A DNA stretch of 61,727 nt, the filler included, from Candidatus Fermentibacterota bacterium (GTDB lineage: Bacteria > JAFGKV01), in assembly GCA_016928395.1 (NCBI GenBank). It is 6 parts of 6 records of this genome, joined end to end, with 100 filler letters (N's around TTAATTAATTAA, not from the genome) between each part and the next. Parts side by side here need not be neighbours in the genome. Positions count along the whole stretch, not along the records: positions 1 to 9,970 come from JAFGKV010000200.1; 5 more parts are not named here. One strand, 5' to 3'. Below the pieces are notes generated by a model. That model did not search any database and was not told where the DNA came from. It saw only the letters and a program-made list of their open reading frames with translations. This document shows, one piece after another, positions 1 through 9,516 of this stretch. The number at the start of each line of letters is the position of its first letter. Within the stretch, counting starts at the first letter, position 1. The translations under genes were made by a program, and so were the position numbers.

Positions 1-627
1 ATACATGGCTGCGAACCATTCCCAGTAACAACTCTGCAGGAAAGCGCCCACCTGAAACGCTCTCCATGGGCAGTAGAACGGAGTTAGGCCAGAGTCACCG
101 GCCGAGGTGCCGTCGAATCCGTCAGCTCTCCGCCGAAGTCCATACGAATACGGTCCGAGTGCCGGCTCGAACATCACTATTGACGACGATAAAGCGAGGG
201 GACTAGGGACGTAGGTGCAATGTCAACTTACTGAGCGACGGAGCCGCCAGATAAGACTTCCGGACCAGTTGAAACAGGCCGAACGTTACTCCGTGACCGT
301 GGTCGGCCGAGGGACGTTCATTAGTTGAGGGCTTTCACTTCGCGGCCCGTGCACCAGCGGTCCTCACGGGCTGGCCGGGGGAGTGGCGTCCCTCGCACCC
401 GAACCGCTTGACCGTGCATGAGGCGCCGGCTTCCTTGAAGCCTGTTCTGTTGCGAGCGGCAGGCTGGGGTCGTGTACTGCATTGTGGGATTCTCCGAGAG
501 CCCCAGAGTGGTGATCCTCGTCGAGCCTCGGTCAGACAGACTTCCAGAGTGGACGAAGGCTACTCCTTGACGCCATGCCAAGAGAGACGTATACTTGTGT
601 CGAGAATACACGTCAGGAGGTACGGGA

Positions 628-885
628 GTGCACACGAAACTCACTCTTCGGATGGAAGATGAGACGGTCCGAAGAGCCAAAGCGTGGGCGCAGGCGCGCG
701 GCGTGTCCCTGTCGGATACGGTGGCAAAGTTCTTCCGGGAGGTCTCCTCGGAAGAAGAGGCCAGGCCGCGGCTTTGCACGTGGACTCAACGGCTCTCCGG
801 CGCTGTGGCCGCGGGAGGAGAATTCCCGCGAGACGATGAGATCCGAGATGCGTATCATGATCACGTTGAGCGGAAGCACCGATGA
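628..885 (+). CDS. Antitoxin, DUF6364/RHH-like family
   Basis: GTG at 628 after GGAGG (616-620). MHTKLTLRMEDETVRRAKAWAQARGVSLS is a ribbon-helix-helix-like N-terminus. The stop overlaps the PIN gene start (ATGA). Confidence 0.8.
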   Translation: MHTKLTLRMEDETVRRAKAWAQARGVSLSDTVAKFFREVSSEEEARPRLCTWTQRLSGAVAAGGEFPRDDEIRDAYHDHVERKHR

Positions 886-1289
886 GGCGCGTCGTCTATG
901 ACCTGAACGTGATTCTTGATGTCCTGCTCAAGCGTGAACCCTTTTTCAGCGCCTCCGCCCGAGCGCTGGACGCCGCGGGAAGAGGAGCAGTTGAAGGGTT
1001 TATCGCGGGGCATTCCGTCGCAACGCTTCATTATGTCTTGAGGCGCTGCGTCGGAGACCGGAAGGCGCGACTCCTGATGAGCGAGCTCTTCCAGCGACTC
1101 ATCGTGGCGCCAGTGAGTGACGCAGGGGTACGTCGAGCCTTGGAGTCCCCGGTGGAAGACTTCGAGGACTCCCTCGTTAGCGCCGCGGCCGCCGAGGTGA
1201 ACGCTGCGGTTATCGTGACGCGTAACACGTCGGACTTCAGGCGTTCATCGATCCCCGCACTTCTCCCAGAGGTCTTCACGGCCACGTAG
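882..1289 (+). CDS. PIN-domain toxin (VapC-like)
   Basis: VVYDLNVILDVL, DFEDSL and IVTRNTSDF PIN motifs; coupled to the upstream antitoxin. Confidence 0.9.
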   Translation: MRRVVYDLNVILDVLLKREPFFSASARALDAAGRGAVEGFIAGHSVATLHYVLRRCVGDRKARLLMSELFQRLIVAPVSDAGVRRALESPVEDFEDSLVSAAAAEVNAAVIVTRNTSDFRRSSIPALLPEVFTAT

Positions 1290-1410
1290 CGGTTCTGTTG
1301 GGTTCGGGGATGCAGATGTCGGCGTGTCGTGGAGGGGACAGCCCAGGGTTGCGCAGAGAAGAAGAGGTCATTCTCACATCGGCTGAAGAAGAGCCATTTC
1401 AAGACGGCGT

Positions 1411-1785
1411 TGGCACCATCTCTTTGTGCGGAGCGGGACGGCGCCGCTGAGCATGGGGATGCGTCGAATGCTCACCGGGTACGCAGTGCGATTCAACCTG
1501 CGACACCGTCGACACGGGCATCTGTTCCAGAACCGTTACCGTTCGGTGCTATGCCAGGAGGAGCCCTATCTTCTTGAGTTGGTGCGGTACATTCACCTGA
1601 ACCCGCTCCGAGCCCGGCGACGTGCGGAGGCACGGAGCGTGGCATGCTACTGGGCGACGAGGGAGTTGGAGAGGACCACGGAGGAGGCAGGGAAGGCGTG
1701 GGGGTTGAGTCAGTCGGCGGTGAGCAAGGCAGCGAGGCGCGGAGAAGCGATCGTGCGGGAGCGACAACTGATGTTCGAATCTTGA
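1411..1785 (+). pseudogene. RAYT/Y1 HUH transposase remnant, 5'-truncated and internally deleted
   Basis: LTGYAVRFNLRHRRHGHLFQNRYRS...LLELVRYIHLNPLRA core is joined directly to a C-terminal HTH (ARSVACYWATREL...GLSQSAVSKAARRGE). The HuH region reads WHHLFVRSG and there is no N-terminus. Confidence 0.85.
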
Positions 1786-1951
1786 GAGTCCCAAATTCAT
1801 CTAGGTCCCTTGCGCCGTGCGCCACGGGAGGATCGCTGGGAATGGGGAGGGTAGCGATCATTGGTTCAGATGCGTTGGCGGCCCTGACCATGTTGAAGGC
1901 AGGTCCACGTGACCTAGAGGTAGTGCTTGTGCAACGCTACGGAGAGAGGGC

Positions 1952-3061
1952 GTGATGGTGCGAAGGCGAATCGGCCGTGCTTTGATACTGCTCCTGGTTG
2001 CCCTTGGGGCGTGCTCGAAGGAGAGGGGCACCTATCGGGGCGTCGTGGTCCTCGATCGGAGCACGGCCCGGCCCATCGTGGCGACGTGGGCAACGTCGAA
2101 AGCAACGGAGAGCACGGATCCCGGGGATCCGCTCGCTGACCTGTATGAGCCGGTAGACGTCGCCATTGGCCCAGGCGACTCGATCTACGTCGCCGACATG
2201 GGGTCCGGCCGAATCATCGTCTATTCTCCTGAGGGAAGACCTGCTCGTACTATCGGACGGTTCGGCCAAGGGCCGGGAGAGTTCGAGCATCTGAGGACCG
2301 TCACGATAGATGGCGAGGGGAGGATCTGGGCGGGGGAGATGGGGCGGCTCCAGGTGCTTTCGGCAGATGGGGAGTGCCTGGCGCTCTCGACTCTCGCGCG
2401 GTTTTTCCCGTTGAGCCCTGTCTTGGCTGCCCTGCCAGATGGAAGGGTTTGGGCAGGAGGTTCATTCCTACGCCTTGTGCAAGAAGAGGACGGCTGGGCC
2501 ATAGCCTCTGCTGATAACGTTGTCGATCTGCTTGCCCATGATCCCGCCAAGACGCTGAAGGCGCAGAAGCGGCTCAGGGTGCTCGACGTCATCTCTCAGC
2601 TTGGCGTGCGATCGAGTCATGGCTATGTCCTGCTCGCTCACCTCGTGACGGCGCGGAAGCCGTATGCATGGCTTCAGGAATTCGACCAGAACGGAGTGTT
2701 GAAGTCGGTATTCGATGTGGATCCCGCGTGTACAGATTCCAATTACATCGCCACGAAGCGGATGCTGGGAGATGATGGGTACATGCCGGCTTTCCGCAGA
2801 CTCCTGATTGATCAAAGGGGCGACGCCGTGTTGGTGACAGCCGATCCTCCATTGCTGTGCAGATTCGATCCGCTACGTTGCGCATTTGCTGACGTGAGCG
2901 AGATCCACTTCAGATCATCCGACAATGGAATGCAGCGTCTGCCCACCGCATGGTCAGCCGCCGTCGATTCACAGGGAAGAATTGTCGTCACAGGAATCAC
3001 CAAGTCCCTGAAGCGAGTCGTGATGCAGCTTCCTTGGCAGGAAGGAGGTGATGTCTCTTGA
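1952..3061 (+). CDS. 6-bladed beta-propeller (NHL-like) lipoprotein
   Basis: Signal peptide with lipobox LGAC; PVDVAIGPGDSIYVAD and GRFGQGPGEF motifs. Confidence 0.8.
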   Translation: MMVRRRIGRALILLLVALGACSKERGTYRGVVVLDRSTARPIVATWATSKATESTDPGDPLADLYEPVDVAIGPGDSIYVADMGSGRIIVYSPEGRPARTIGRFGQGPGEFEHLRTVTIDGEGRIWAGEMGRLQVLSADGECLALSTLARFFPLSPVLAALPDGRVWAGGSFLRLVQEEDGWAIASADNVVDLLAHDPAKTLKAQKRLRVLDVISQLGVRSSHGYVLLAHLVTARKPYAWLQEFDQNGVLKSVFDVDPACTDSNYIATKRMLGDDGYMPAFRRLLIDQRGDAVLVTADPPLLCRFDPLRCAFADVSEIHFRSSDNGMQRLPTAWSAAVDSQGRIVVTGITKSLKRVVMQLPWQEGGDVS

Positions 3062-3125
3062 GGGTATGCTCCTCAGATCACGGAGTCCTTACAGAACGGG
3101 TATCAGGAAAATGGAGGCAAATCAG

Positions 3126-3425
3126 ATGACGATCCGCTTTCCCGCAGGTCTGATTCTCTCTCTACTGGCCGTCACATCGGCCAACTTGCTTTGGGTATCT
3201 CCCGCCCTGGCAACGATGAACCAGGGCGTGCCGTCATGTTCCGTATCCATTGGATGCCCAAGTGGATCGGGAGTTCCGTCAGTCCTCTGTACGTGCTGGA
3301 GCAACGATAGTTCTTGCTGGTGCGGATACAGCGTGAGCACAGTCCAATGCCACAGCTCAACCAGTGGGAGCTTCAAGGACTGTTCGGGAGGGGAAGTCTA
3401 CTGGTGGATCATCTACCTTCCCTAG
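3126..3425 (+). CDS. Small secreted cysteine-rich peptide (8 Cys)
   Basis: ATG at 3126 after GGAGG (alternative ATG at 3111). Hydrophobic signal ending PALA; mature part has C-x5-C-x10-CxC-x6-CxC-x8-C-x10-C. Confidence 0.7.
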   Translation: MTIRFPAGLILSLLAVTSANLLWVSPALATMNQGVPSCSVSIGCPSGSGVPSVLCTCWSNDSSCWCGYSVSTVQCHSSTSGSFKDCSGGEVYWWIIYLP

Positions 3426-3436
3426 GAGGCATGCCT

Positions 3437-3486
3437 TGATAGAGCGAGGAGGACGGCTCTATCAGCAGAAGTCGTTCTCCTCGTTT
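3437..3486 (+). terminator. Overlapping hairpins / possible pseudoknot after the peptide gene
   Basis: TGATAGAGC (3437-3445) pairs with GCTCTATCA (3456-3464). CGAGGAGGACGGCT (3445-3458) pairs with AGTCGTTCTCCTCG (3470-3483) including two G-U pairs, followed by TTT. Confidence 0.5.
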
Positions 3487-3512
3487 CCCTCAGTCAAGAG
3501 AAGAGGTGTCTC

Positions 3513-4106
3513 GTGAATACAAGGATCGTGGCTACCTTACTTTTGCTGGGCTTTCCCGCTCTCCCCCTCTATGCGGGAGAGCCCGAGGCCCGTTTCCCAG
3601 TCTCCATGGAACATGGGCCGATCCAAGCGACCGAACTGCAGGGAGCGCTACAGCTGCTCGGCGTCAATATGTATCGCTTCTCGTATTCCGTGCCGTTCGT
3701 GCATGCGATCAAGTACCGAGCATGCGCGTATGTGAGCGGCAAGGAGCAGCCGCTTGGAGACGGAGATGTCAAGGGTTTGGAGCCAGGCAAGCAGGCCATC
3801 ACGGTGATCACGCGCAAGTCAGAGGGCATGCTTGATCTGACTGTGACGTGCGGCCGGGATTCCGACGTTCCGCGGAATCTCCTCGGTGGGGAGAAGAGGG
3901 CTGTCCCGCTCTCTCTGGATGGCTATGGACCTCGAGGGTCGTCGGTCCCTCCCAATGTCACGCTGGAGGCGGGCAAGGAGGTCCCCATCTGGGTGTTCTC
4001 GGCCAGCAGCGGGCAGTGGTCGATGTTCACGGGCAGGGAGTCCATCCAGGACTACGCGAAGCGAACCGACCTGGTGGTGGTCGTGTATGTGACGTTGTTG
4101 GGATAG
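3513..4106 (+). CDS. Secreted hypothetical protein
   Basis: GAGG upstream; signal peptide MNTRIVATLLLLGFPALPLYA; no family recognised. Confidence 0.7.
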   Translation: MNTRIVATLLLLGFPALPLYAGEPEARFPVSMEHGPIQATELQGALQLLGVNMYRFSYSVPFVHAIKYRACAYVSGKEQPLGDGDVKGLEPGKQAITVITRKSEGMLDLTVTCGRDSDVPRNLLGGEKRAVPLSLDGYGPRGSSVPPNVTLEAGKEVPIWVFSASSGQWSMFTGRESIQDYAKRTDLVVVVYVTLLG

Positions 4107-4222
4107 GCGTCAGGGTTTGCCGAGGGTTCAGGGGTGGCGGTGCGCAAGGCCGTCGTCCACGAACAGAGAGCCGGGAAGTGGGCAGGCGCTCACCACGACC
4201 AGGGATCCCGAGATGGAGGACC

Positions 4223-5320
4223 ATGCGATACGTGAGTGTCCTTATCTTGGCCATGACAGCCACGGTGGCAAAGGGGGTGCCATCGAACACGGAGCGTGCA
4301 GAAGGCGAAGCCCCGATCGTGGCCAACCGTGGGGAGGGGCTGTGGGGCGACACCATCACAGACCGCATCAGATTCACGGAGACCCTCTCCATCGGTTCCG
4401 AGCACGGCCAACCCCATGAAATGCTCTGGAATCCCAGGGCCCTTGCCGTTGACTCCGCTATGAACATCTACCTACTGGATGCGGTTCGTTCGGAACGCGC
4501 CAACGCCGTTGGGGCCTGCCGCGTCATGAAGTTCGACCGAGAGGGGCGATTTCTGTGGAGCAGGGGACAACGGGGTGAGGGCCCGGGCGAGTTCATCAAC
4601 CCGTCCGACGTCTTGATCAGTCCGTCAGGGGAGCTTGTGGTGGTGGAGACCCTGGGCTACAAGAAGTGCCGGCTCCAGTACTTCGACACGGAGCTAGAAT
4701 ACCGGCGATCGGCAACCATCGCTGAGCAGATGCGGAGCGTCTCGTTCCTCAGCGATGGGAGCTTGCTGGTCAGCGAATGGGTGAAAGGCCAACCCGGGAT
4801 CTCAGGTCACTACTACTCGGCGGAAGGGGAGTTTCTGCGGTCTTTTCCGGATGACTATCGCTATGGGCCTCTTCTTCCGGAGGGATGCGGCCTCGATGGC
4901 GGGGTATTCCATGCGCAGGAGGGACGGGTGTACATGGTCACGCCGGACGCGTATGAGATCCGCGAGTATCGCGAGGATGGTTCTCGAGTCCGGACGATCC
5001 GGAGGGATGTCAAGCTGGCGCCCGCGAAGTTCAAGATCACCGGTGACCGAGCCGGATACGATCCCGGCGACGGGTGCGGGCCATGCTACTCATACAAGGA
5101 CAGCTATCTCCTCAACTTCCGTTTCATCCGGCGAGGCCATGGGGGGGGCGATCTGTTCCTTGACTTGTTCGACCGGGAGGGGGTATTCTTAGGGTCGTAT
5201 CAGAATCCCGGGGTCTCTGGCCTCGTCACGATCGATAACGAGGGGAACTTCTACTGCCTGGTGAACGACCCGGATCCCCGGATGCTGCGCCACGCCATGG
5301 AGGTTGTGGGAACACCATAG
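4223..5320 (+). CDS. 6-bladed beta-propeller secreted protein
   Basis: ATG at 4223 after GGAGG; signal peptide; ETLSIG, LAVDSAMNIYLLD, GQRGEGPGEF and LDLFDREGVFLG motifs. Confidence 0.85.
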   Translation: MRYVSVLILAMTATVAKGVPSNTERAEGEAPIVANRGEGLWGDTITDRIRFTETLSIGSEHGQPHEMLWNPRALAVDSAMNIYLLDAVRSERANAVGACRVMKFDREGRFLWSRGQRGEGPGEFINPSDVLISPSGELVVVETLGYKKCRLQYFDTELEYRRSATIAEQMRSVSFLSDGSLLVSEWVKGQPGISGHYYSAEGEFLRSFPDDYRYGPLLPEGCGLDGGVFHAQEGRVYMVTPDAYEIREYREDGSRVRTIRRDVKLAPAKFKITGDRAGYDPGDGCGPCYSYKDSYLLNFRFIRRGHGGGDLFLDLFDREGVFLGSYQNPGVSGLVTIDNEGNFYCLVNDPDPRMLRHAMEVVGTP

Positions 5321-5391
5321 CACGAATGCGTGCGTGCCGCCGGCCCGGCGCGCGCGGGGTGCAAGAGCGGGGTCAGTAGTAATGTCGGAGA

Positions 5392-5547
5392 CTTGGAGGG
5401 GCGGAGGTGGCGCGTCGGCGTGGGGTGAGCTGGGCGTGCATCAGCCGGATCGTGGCGAAGGAGAAGATGAGCCGGACAGCCCTCGAGATTGTGGCGCAGT
5501 GGAGGGCGCACGTTGCGTTCAGCCCCAATGTCCCCATAGTGCCCTGA
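5392..5547 (+). pseudogene. Probable C-terminal HTH fragment of a RAYT-like transposase
   Basis: A frame not in the ORF track reads LGGAEVARRRGVSWACISRIVAKE. It resembles the HTH tail of the 1411-1785 remnant and has ATGTCCCC near its end. Confidence 0.4.
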
Positions 5548-5856
5548 CTGGCCACCTTCAAGCCGACTCCACGCCGCCCCCCTTGCTCTGACGCATCTCA
5601 AGCCCTCGGACCACATGTGACTCCTCGCTCCGCGCGCCCGCATGACCCCCGGGCACGCTTGACGGGCACGGAGTCCCCACCTTCCTTCGCGGAGTATCAG
5701 CAGTATGCTTCATCACCGCGGGTGAGCGATGCATTCGAGCCGTGGACGGAGAGTCAAGGACGTGATCACCTCGAGGCGGTAGCCGGCTTGAGTGTGCATG
5801 CCCATTCGGCCATCGACCTCCCGATCACACGATCACATCTCAGTCTTGGAGACGAT

Positions 5857-6060
5857 ATGAGAGCCGAGAAGCTGCACCCGGAGTATGTCACTGACAGTGT
5901 GGGTCGTAGGAAGGCGGTCATCCTCCCTGTCGAGGAGTTCGATGGATTGCTCGAAGACCTCGACGATCTCGCCTGCGTTGCGGAGCGACGAAATGAACCG
6001 ACCGTAGCCCATGCAAAGGTCATGGAAGACCTGAACAAAGATGGCTACCTACAGGGTTGA
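5857..6060 (+). CDS. Antitoxin of a RelE/ParE-type pair
   Basis: ATG at 5857 after GGAG; YVTDSVGRRKAVILPVEEFDGLLEDLDDL; overlaps the toxin start. Confidence 0.8.
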   Translation: MRAEKLHPEYVTDSVGRRKAVILPVEEFDGLLEDLDDLACVAERRNEPTVAHAKVMEDLNKDGYLQG

Positions 6061-6304
6061 ATGGAAAGCCTCCGCTGTCCGCGAACTGACGAAGCTGGAT
6101 CGTCCAGTCATCCCGAGAGTCGCAGAGGCGGTTTCTGCGCTGGCCTCGAATCCACTGCCACGGGGAGCCCGGAAGTTGCACGGTGGAGAGCGTACGTATC
6201 GAATCCGGGTGGGGGAGTACAGGGTTGTGTACGTCGTCCGTGAAAGCGAACGGGTTGTCGAAATCAACCGGGTTCGCCACCGCAGAGACGTCTACAGGCC
6301 ATAG
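6041..6304 (+). CDS. RelE/ParE family toxin
   Basis: YRVEWKASAVRELTKL, LASNPLPRGARKL and YRIRVGEYRVVY...RHRRDVY are typical RelE motifs. Confidence 0.92.
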   Translation: MATYRVEWKASAVRELTKLDRPVIPRVAEAVSALASNPLPRGARKLHGGERTYRIRVGEYRVVYVVRESERVVEINRVRHRRDVYRP

Positions 6305-6309
6305 CCTGC

Positions 6310-6669
6310 TTGGCTGACAGGGGCGCCCAAGAACCCTACATCGCAACGACTTTTGTATTCTTCTCGGAGTCTCCGCTGGTGCCGCTCGTTTCACGGTCGT
6401 TCTGGCCTCTGGTGCTCGCTTTCGCGGTGCGCGCCCTCAGGGAGTTCGGTGAGCCGTCTCGGAAGGCCCTGATCATGGACCTCGCCCCCGGGGACAAGAA
6501 GGCAACCACGTTGGGGCTCTACTGTCTGGTGCGGGACACCATCGTCTCGGTCGCGGCCTTCGGTGGCGCGTTCCTCTGGCTCATCTCACCGTCCACCATC
6601 TTCCTAGCCGCCTCGGCGTTCGGCCTCATCGGCACGCTGTGGTTCGCATGTCGCGGGCGGGATCTGTGA
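6310..6669 (+). pseudogene. C-terminal fragment of an MFS transporter
   Basis: REFGEPSRKALIMDLAP...GLYCLVRD...AFGGAFLW matches the last helices of an MFS protein; only about 119 aa, N-terminal part missing. Confidence 0.7.
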
Positions 6670-6837
6670 GTTTTGGGGCACGCTGATGCAGGAAGTCCGC
6701 AGCGGGGCGAAGGGGATGCCGAGGTTGAGGGCTGGAGTTGCCCCGGCTTCGTGGATACCCAATCATTTGGCAAGAGGAAGGAGACCACGATCAAAGGAAA
6801 CCATCGAGTGTTTCCGCCTGAGCATCGGTGCCAGAGG

Positions 6838-9048
6838 GTGAAACTCGTGCGGGCATGTCTGCCCTTCGTCCTCGCGACCGGCGTGTCTTCCTGTGCCTCA
6901 AGGACAGAGCACGGAGACACCATCCTCGCGAAAGAGATGCGCCAATGGCTCCAATGGGCGCAGGGTTCCCACACGGATCTCTGGGACGAAGTGCCGGGGA
7001 AAGGGCTGGCGTTTCGCCTTGTCCGGACGATAGGCGGCGAGGCCGAAGACCCGAGCTTCTACTCCATCGAAGCCATCGCCGTTGCAGGCGACACTATCTT
7101 CGTCGCAGACCAACAGGTCGAGCGCCTCGTCGCACTTGACTCGTCCGGGCGTCTTCTCTGGAGAGCCGGCCGTCCGGGACAGGGCCCTGGCGAGTTCTCG
7201 GGTGTGTCGCAGATCGCCGTCAGCGACACCCTTGTGGCGGTCAGCAATCTCTACAACTACCGCGTTGACCTGTTCTCCCGTGATGGCCTATGGCTACGCT
7301 CGTTTCCCGCCCGAAGGCCCTACGACCTGACATTCCTCGACGACAGCACCTTGGTCGTGGTGAGTCACGAAGAACCGGGAGGACTGGTGACTCTCTTCGA
7401 CCTGGACGGGGATCGCAGGGCTTCGTTCGGCGAGTGGCCCCTCTTCAGCCGGAATCTCGGGGGTAACCGCGACCTCCATTGCGCACGGATCGGAACCCGG
7501 CACCTGGCGGTGTGCAGCTACTACAGCACCAGGATAGAGTTGTATGAATGCGACTCAGGACGGCTCCTGAGAGCGTTTTCCCGGCCTCTTCCCGGCAAGA
7601 TCCCGGAACCCGAGTCGAGCGAGCACACCGACGGCGGTGTCTCCTTTGCCTTGTCAACGGTACTTCTTGACATCTTCGAGGGTCCCACGGGGACCATCGA
7701 CGTGCTGCTGCGCCCATTCTGCCGGGATCGCTCCACAGACTGCCCACCGAAGGAGATAGCGCCCGTCTCCCTTGTCGATCGCTTCAGCCTTGAAGGTCGC
7801 TACAAGGGTAGCTACGTGCTCCCGGTTCGCGCTGGGCAATGTGTCTACAGCGGCGGGATGCTGTTCCTCGCCGATGAGGACTCGCCCTCCATTGCGCAAG
7901 TTCGGGTCACTCTGGACGGCGGAACGTCCTACGAGAGGTTCGATGAACCCAAGGAAGAGCCCTCAAACGAAGCCACGGTCAAACCCGAGGCGCCGACGGA
8001 AGGCACCCATTCCATTGTTCCCTGGCCCGAGAGTTGCGACGTCTCTGCGCTTGTCTCCGGCCCACGCCTGCGAGTGCACTTCTCATCGATAATCCCCGCG
8101 AGCGAGTACGGCAATCGGCGCCCTTCCCAACTCGCGTGCGACAGCCTTGGCGTTGTCCTTACGGGATTCGATGCCGGTTCCCCGCGTGGCCTTCCCGCGG
8201 CCCTTGACTGGGACGGCCGCCCGCTGTGGAGAGGGTTCGATGCCCATCTTGAGGAAGGACGACCTCCGGCGTCTGGGGCTGGAGGCATCCTGTCGGACGG
8301 TCGGATCCTGGTATCGTGCCCGGATCTTCGAGTCCGCTACCACCGAAGGGACAGTGGTGCCTATGACGGTGAAGGCATATTGGGAGGCAGTCTTCACATG
8401 AGAATGTCGGAGAGGACGCAGGAACTCGGGCAGAAGCCCCCGATGGTCCCGGCCTCAAGCTTCTGCGCTTCCAAGACCTTGCTCTCCTTTGGCTGGACGC
8501 ACGTAACGGCGCATCATTGCGGGATAGTCGCGTCGGTGTACGACCATGCTCTGCGTGAGCTTCTGAGTATTGAGCCTCGTCTGTCCCACACCGAGCGGTT
8601 CGCGTCCTGTCGGGTCGCATGCAGTGAGAACGCCGTCTTTCTCGCCTCGGTGGCCGGAGATGTCGTGGGAGTTGACACTCGCGGACAGCTTGCGGTGTGC
8701 GTGAGGGGAGGGCATTCGGCGAAGGGAGATCTCATCAAGCCTTCAAGAGAGCCCGGTCGCACCATCGTTCTGCCCATGGTCGCGGATATCCGTTTCGTGG
8801 AGCCCGACAGCCTCTGGATACTCTATGGACCTGGGGCGTTGCCGGATTCGGTCGAGATCTGCCTCGTGACATTGTCGAACATGCAGGCACATCGAACGCG
8901 CTTCCCGGGAATGGCGGCAAGTCTGGCGGTGTGCGGGAATCGAATTGCTGTCGCCCTGGTGAGCGAGGACGTGTCACCAGGGAGCCACATGTGGGCTGGC
9001 GAGGAGAACCGCATATGCATGGGCACGTGGCATGTTGCGGCCGAATGA
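6838..9048 (+). CDS. Two-domain beta-propeller lipoprotein
   Basis: Probable GTG start at 6838 with lipobox-like VSSC. GRPGQGPGEF in the first domain, a Pro/Glu linker (EPKEEPSNEATVKPEAP), then a divergent propeller-like domain. Confidence 0.75.
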   Translation: MKLVRACLPFVLATGVSSCASRTEHGDTILAKEMRQWLQWAQGSHTDLWDEVPGKGLAFRLVRTIGGEAEDPSFYSIEAIAVAGDTIFVADQQVERLVALDSSGRLLWRAGRPGQGPGEFSGVSQIAVSDTLVAVSNLYNYRVDLFSRDGLWLRSFPARRPYDLTFLDDSTLVVVSHEEPGGLVTLFDLDGDRRASFGEWPLFSRNLGGNRDLHCARIGTRHLAVCSYYSTRIELYECDSGRLLRAFSRPLPGKIPEPESSEHTDGGVSFALSTVLLDIFEGPTGTIDVLLRPFCRDRSTDCPPKEIAPVSLVDRFSLEGRYKGSYVLPVRAGQCVYSGGMLFLADEDSPSIAQVRVTLDGGTSYERFDEPKEEPSNEATVKPEAPTEGTHSIVPWPESCDVSALVSGPRLRVHFSSIIPASEYGNRRPSQLACDSLGVVLTGFDAGSPRGLPAALDWDGRPLWRGFDAHLEEGRPPASGAGGILSDGRILVSCPDLRVRYHRRDSGAYDGEGILGGSLHMRMSERTQELGQKPPMVPASSFCASKTLLSFGWTHVTAHHCGIVASVYDHALRELLSIEPRLSHTERFASCRVACSENAVFLASVAGDVVGVDTRGQLAVCVRGGHSAKGDLIKPSREPGRTIVLPMVADIRFVEPDSLWILYGPGALPDSVEICLVTLSNMQAHRTRFPGMAASLAVCGNRIAVALVSEDVSPGSHMWAGEENRICMGTWHVAAE

Positions 9049-9490
9049 TGCGGATTGCTACTCGGGGGCCCAGGTCACCGGAGCACGGTTCAGGTCATGT
9101 GTCAACTTGACCCTTTGTCACGAGGTGCACGAGGAGCTGACGGGGGTCCTCATACGCGGCATTCCCGTCTGGCTGGACGCGGCTGATCACTTCGTTGCTC
9201 ACATGGGGGCACCCAAGACGCCGTTGAAGGTTCTTTGCGACTGAAACGGCCGGACCCGTGTATGAGGCCGGAGGCGTGATCCCCGGTCCATGCGTTGCGG
9301 ATCCCAGAAGGCCAAGATAGGAGGGGCGACCGTCTCTGGTCGCCCGGGGGCGGAAGCAAACAGGCGCCCACGTGGCGGTGAGGGGCGAGGCGAGGCCGGT
9401 CGAGGTGAACTTCATTCTTTGAAGATTGCCCTCAGGGGCCTGCACGGCGTCGTGGAGTCCAGGAGCGAGATCACATTCCCGCGAGAGAAC

Positions 9491-9516
9491 GCGGTGGCGC
9501 GCCACCGCACTCCAAA
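9491..9516. repeat. REP-like palindrome
   Basis: Perfect 18-bp palindrome GCGGTGGCGCGCCACCGC followed by ACTCCAAA, in non-coding DNA. Confidence 0.55.

Noticed and set aside
1290..6840. Classical integron attC array in contig 1
   Set aside because: I could not find repeated RYYYAAC...GTTRRRY sites after the stop codons, and there is no integrase.
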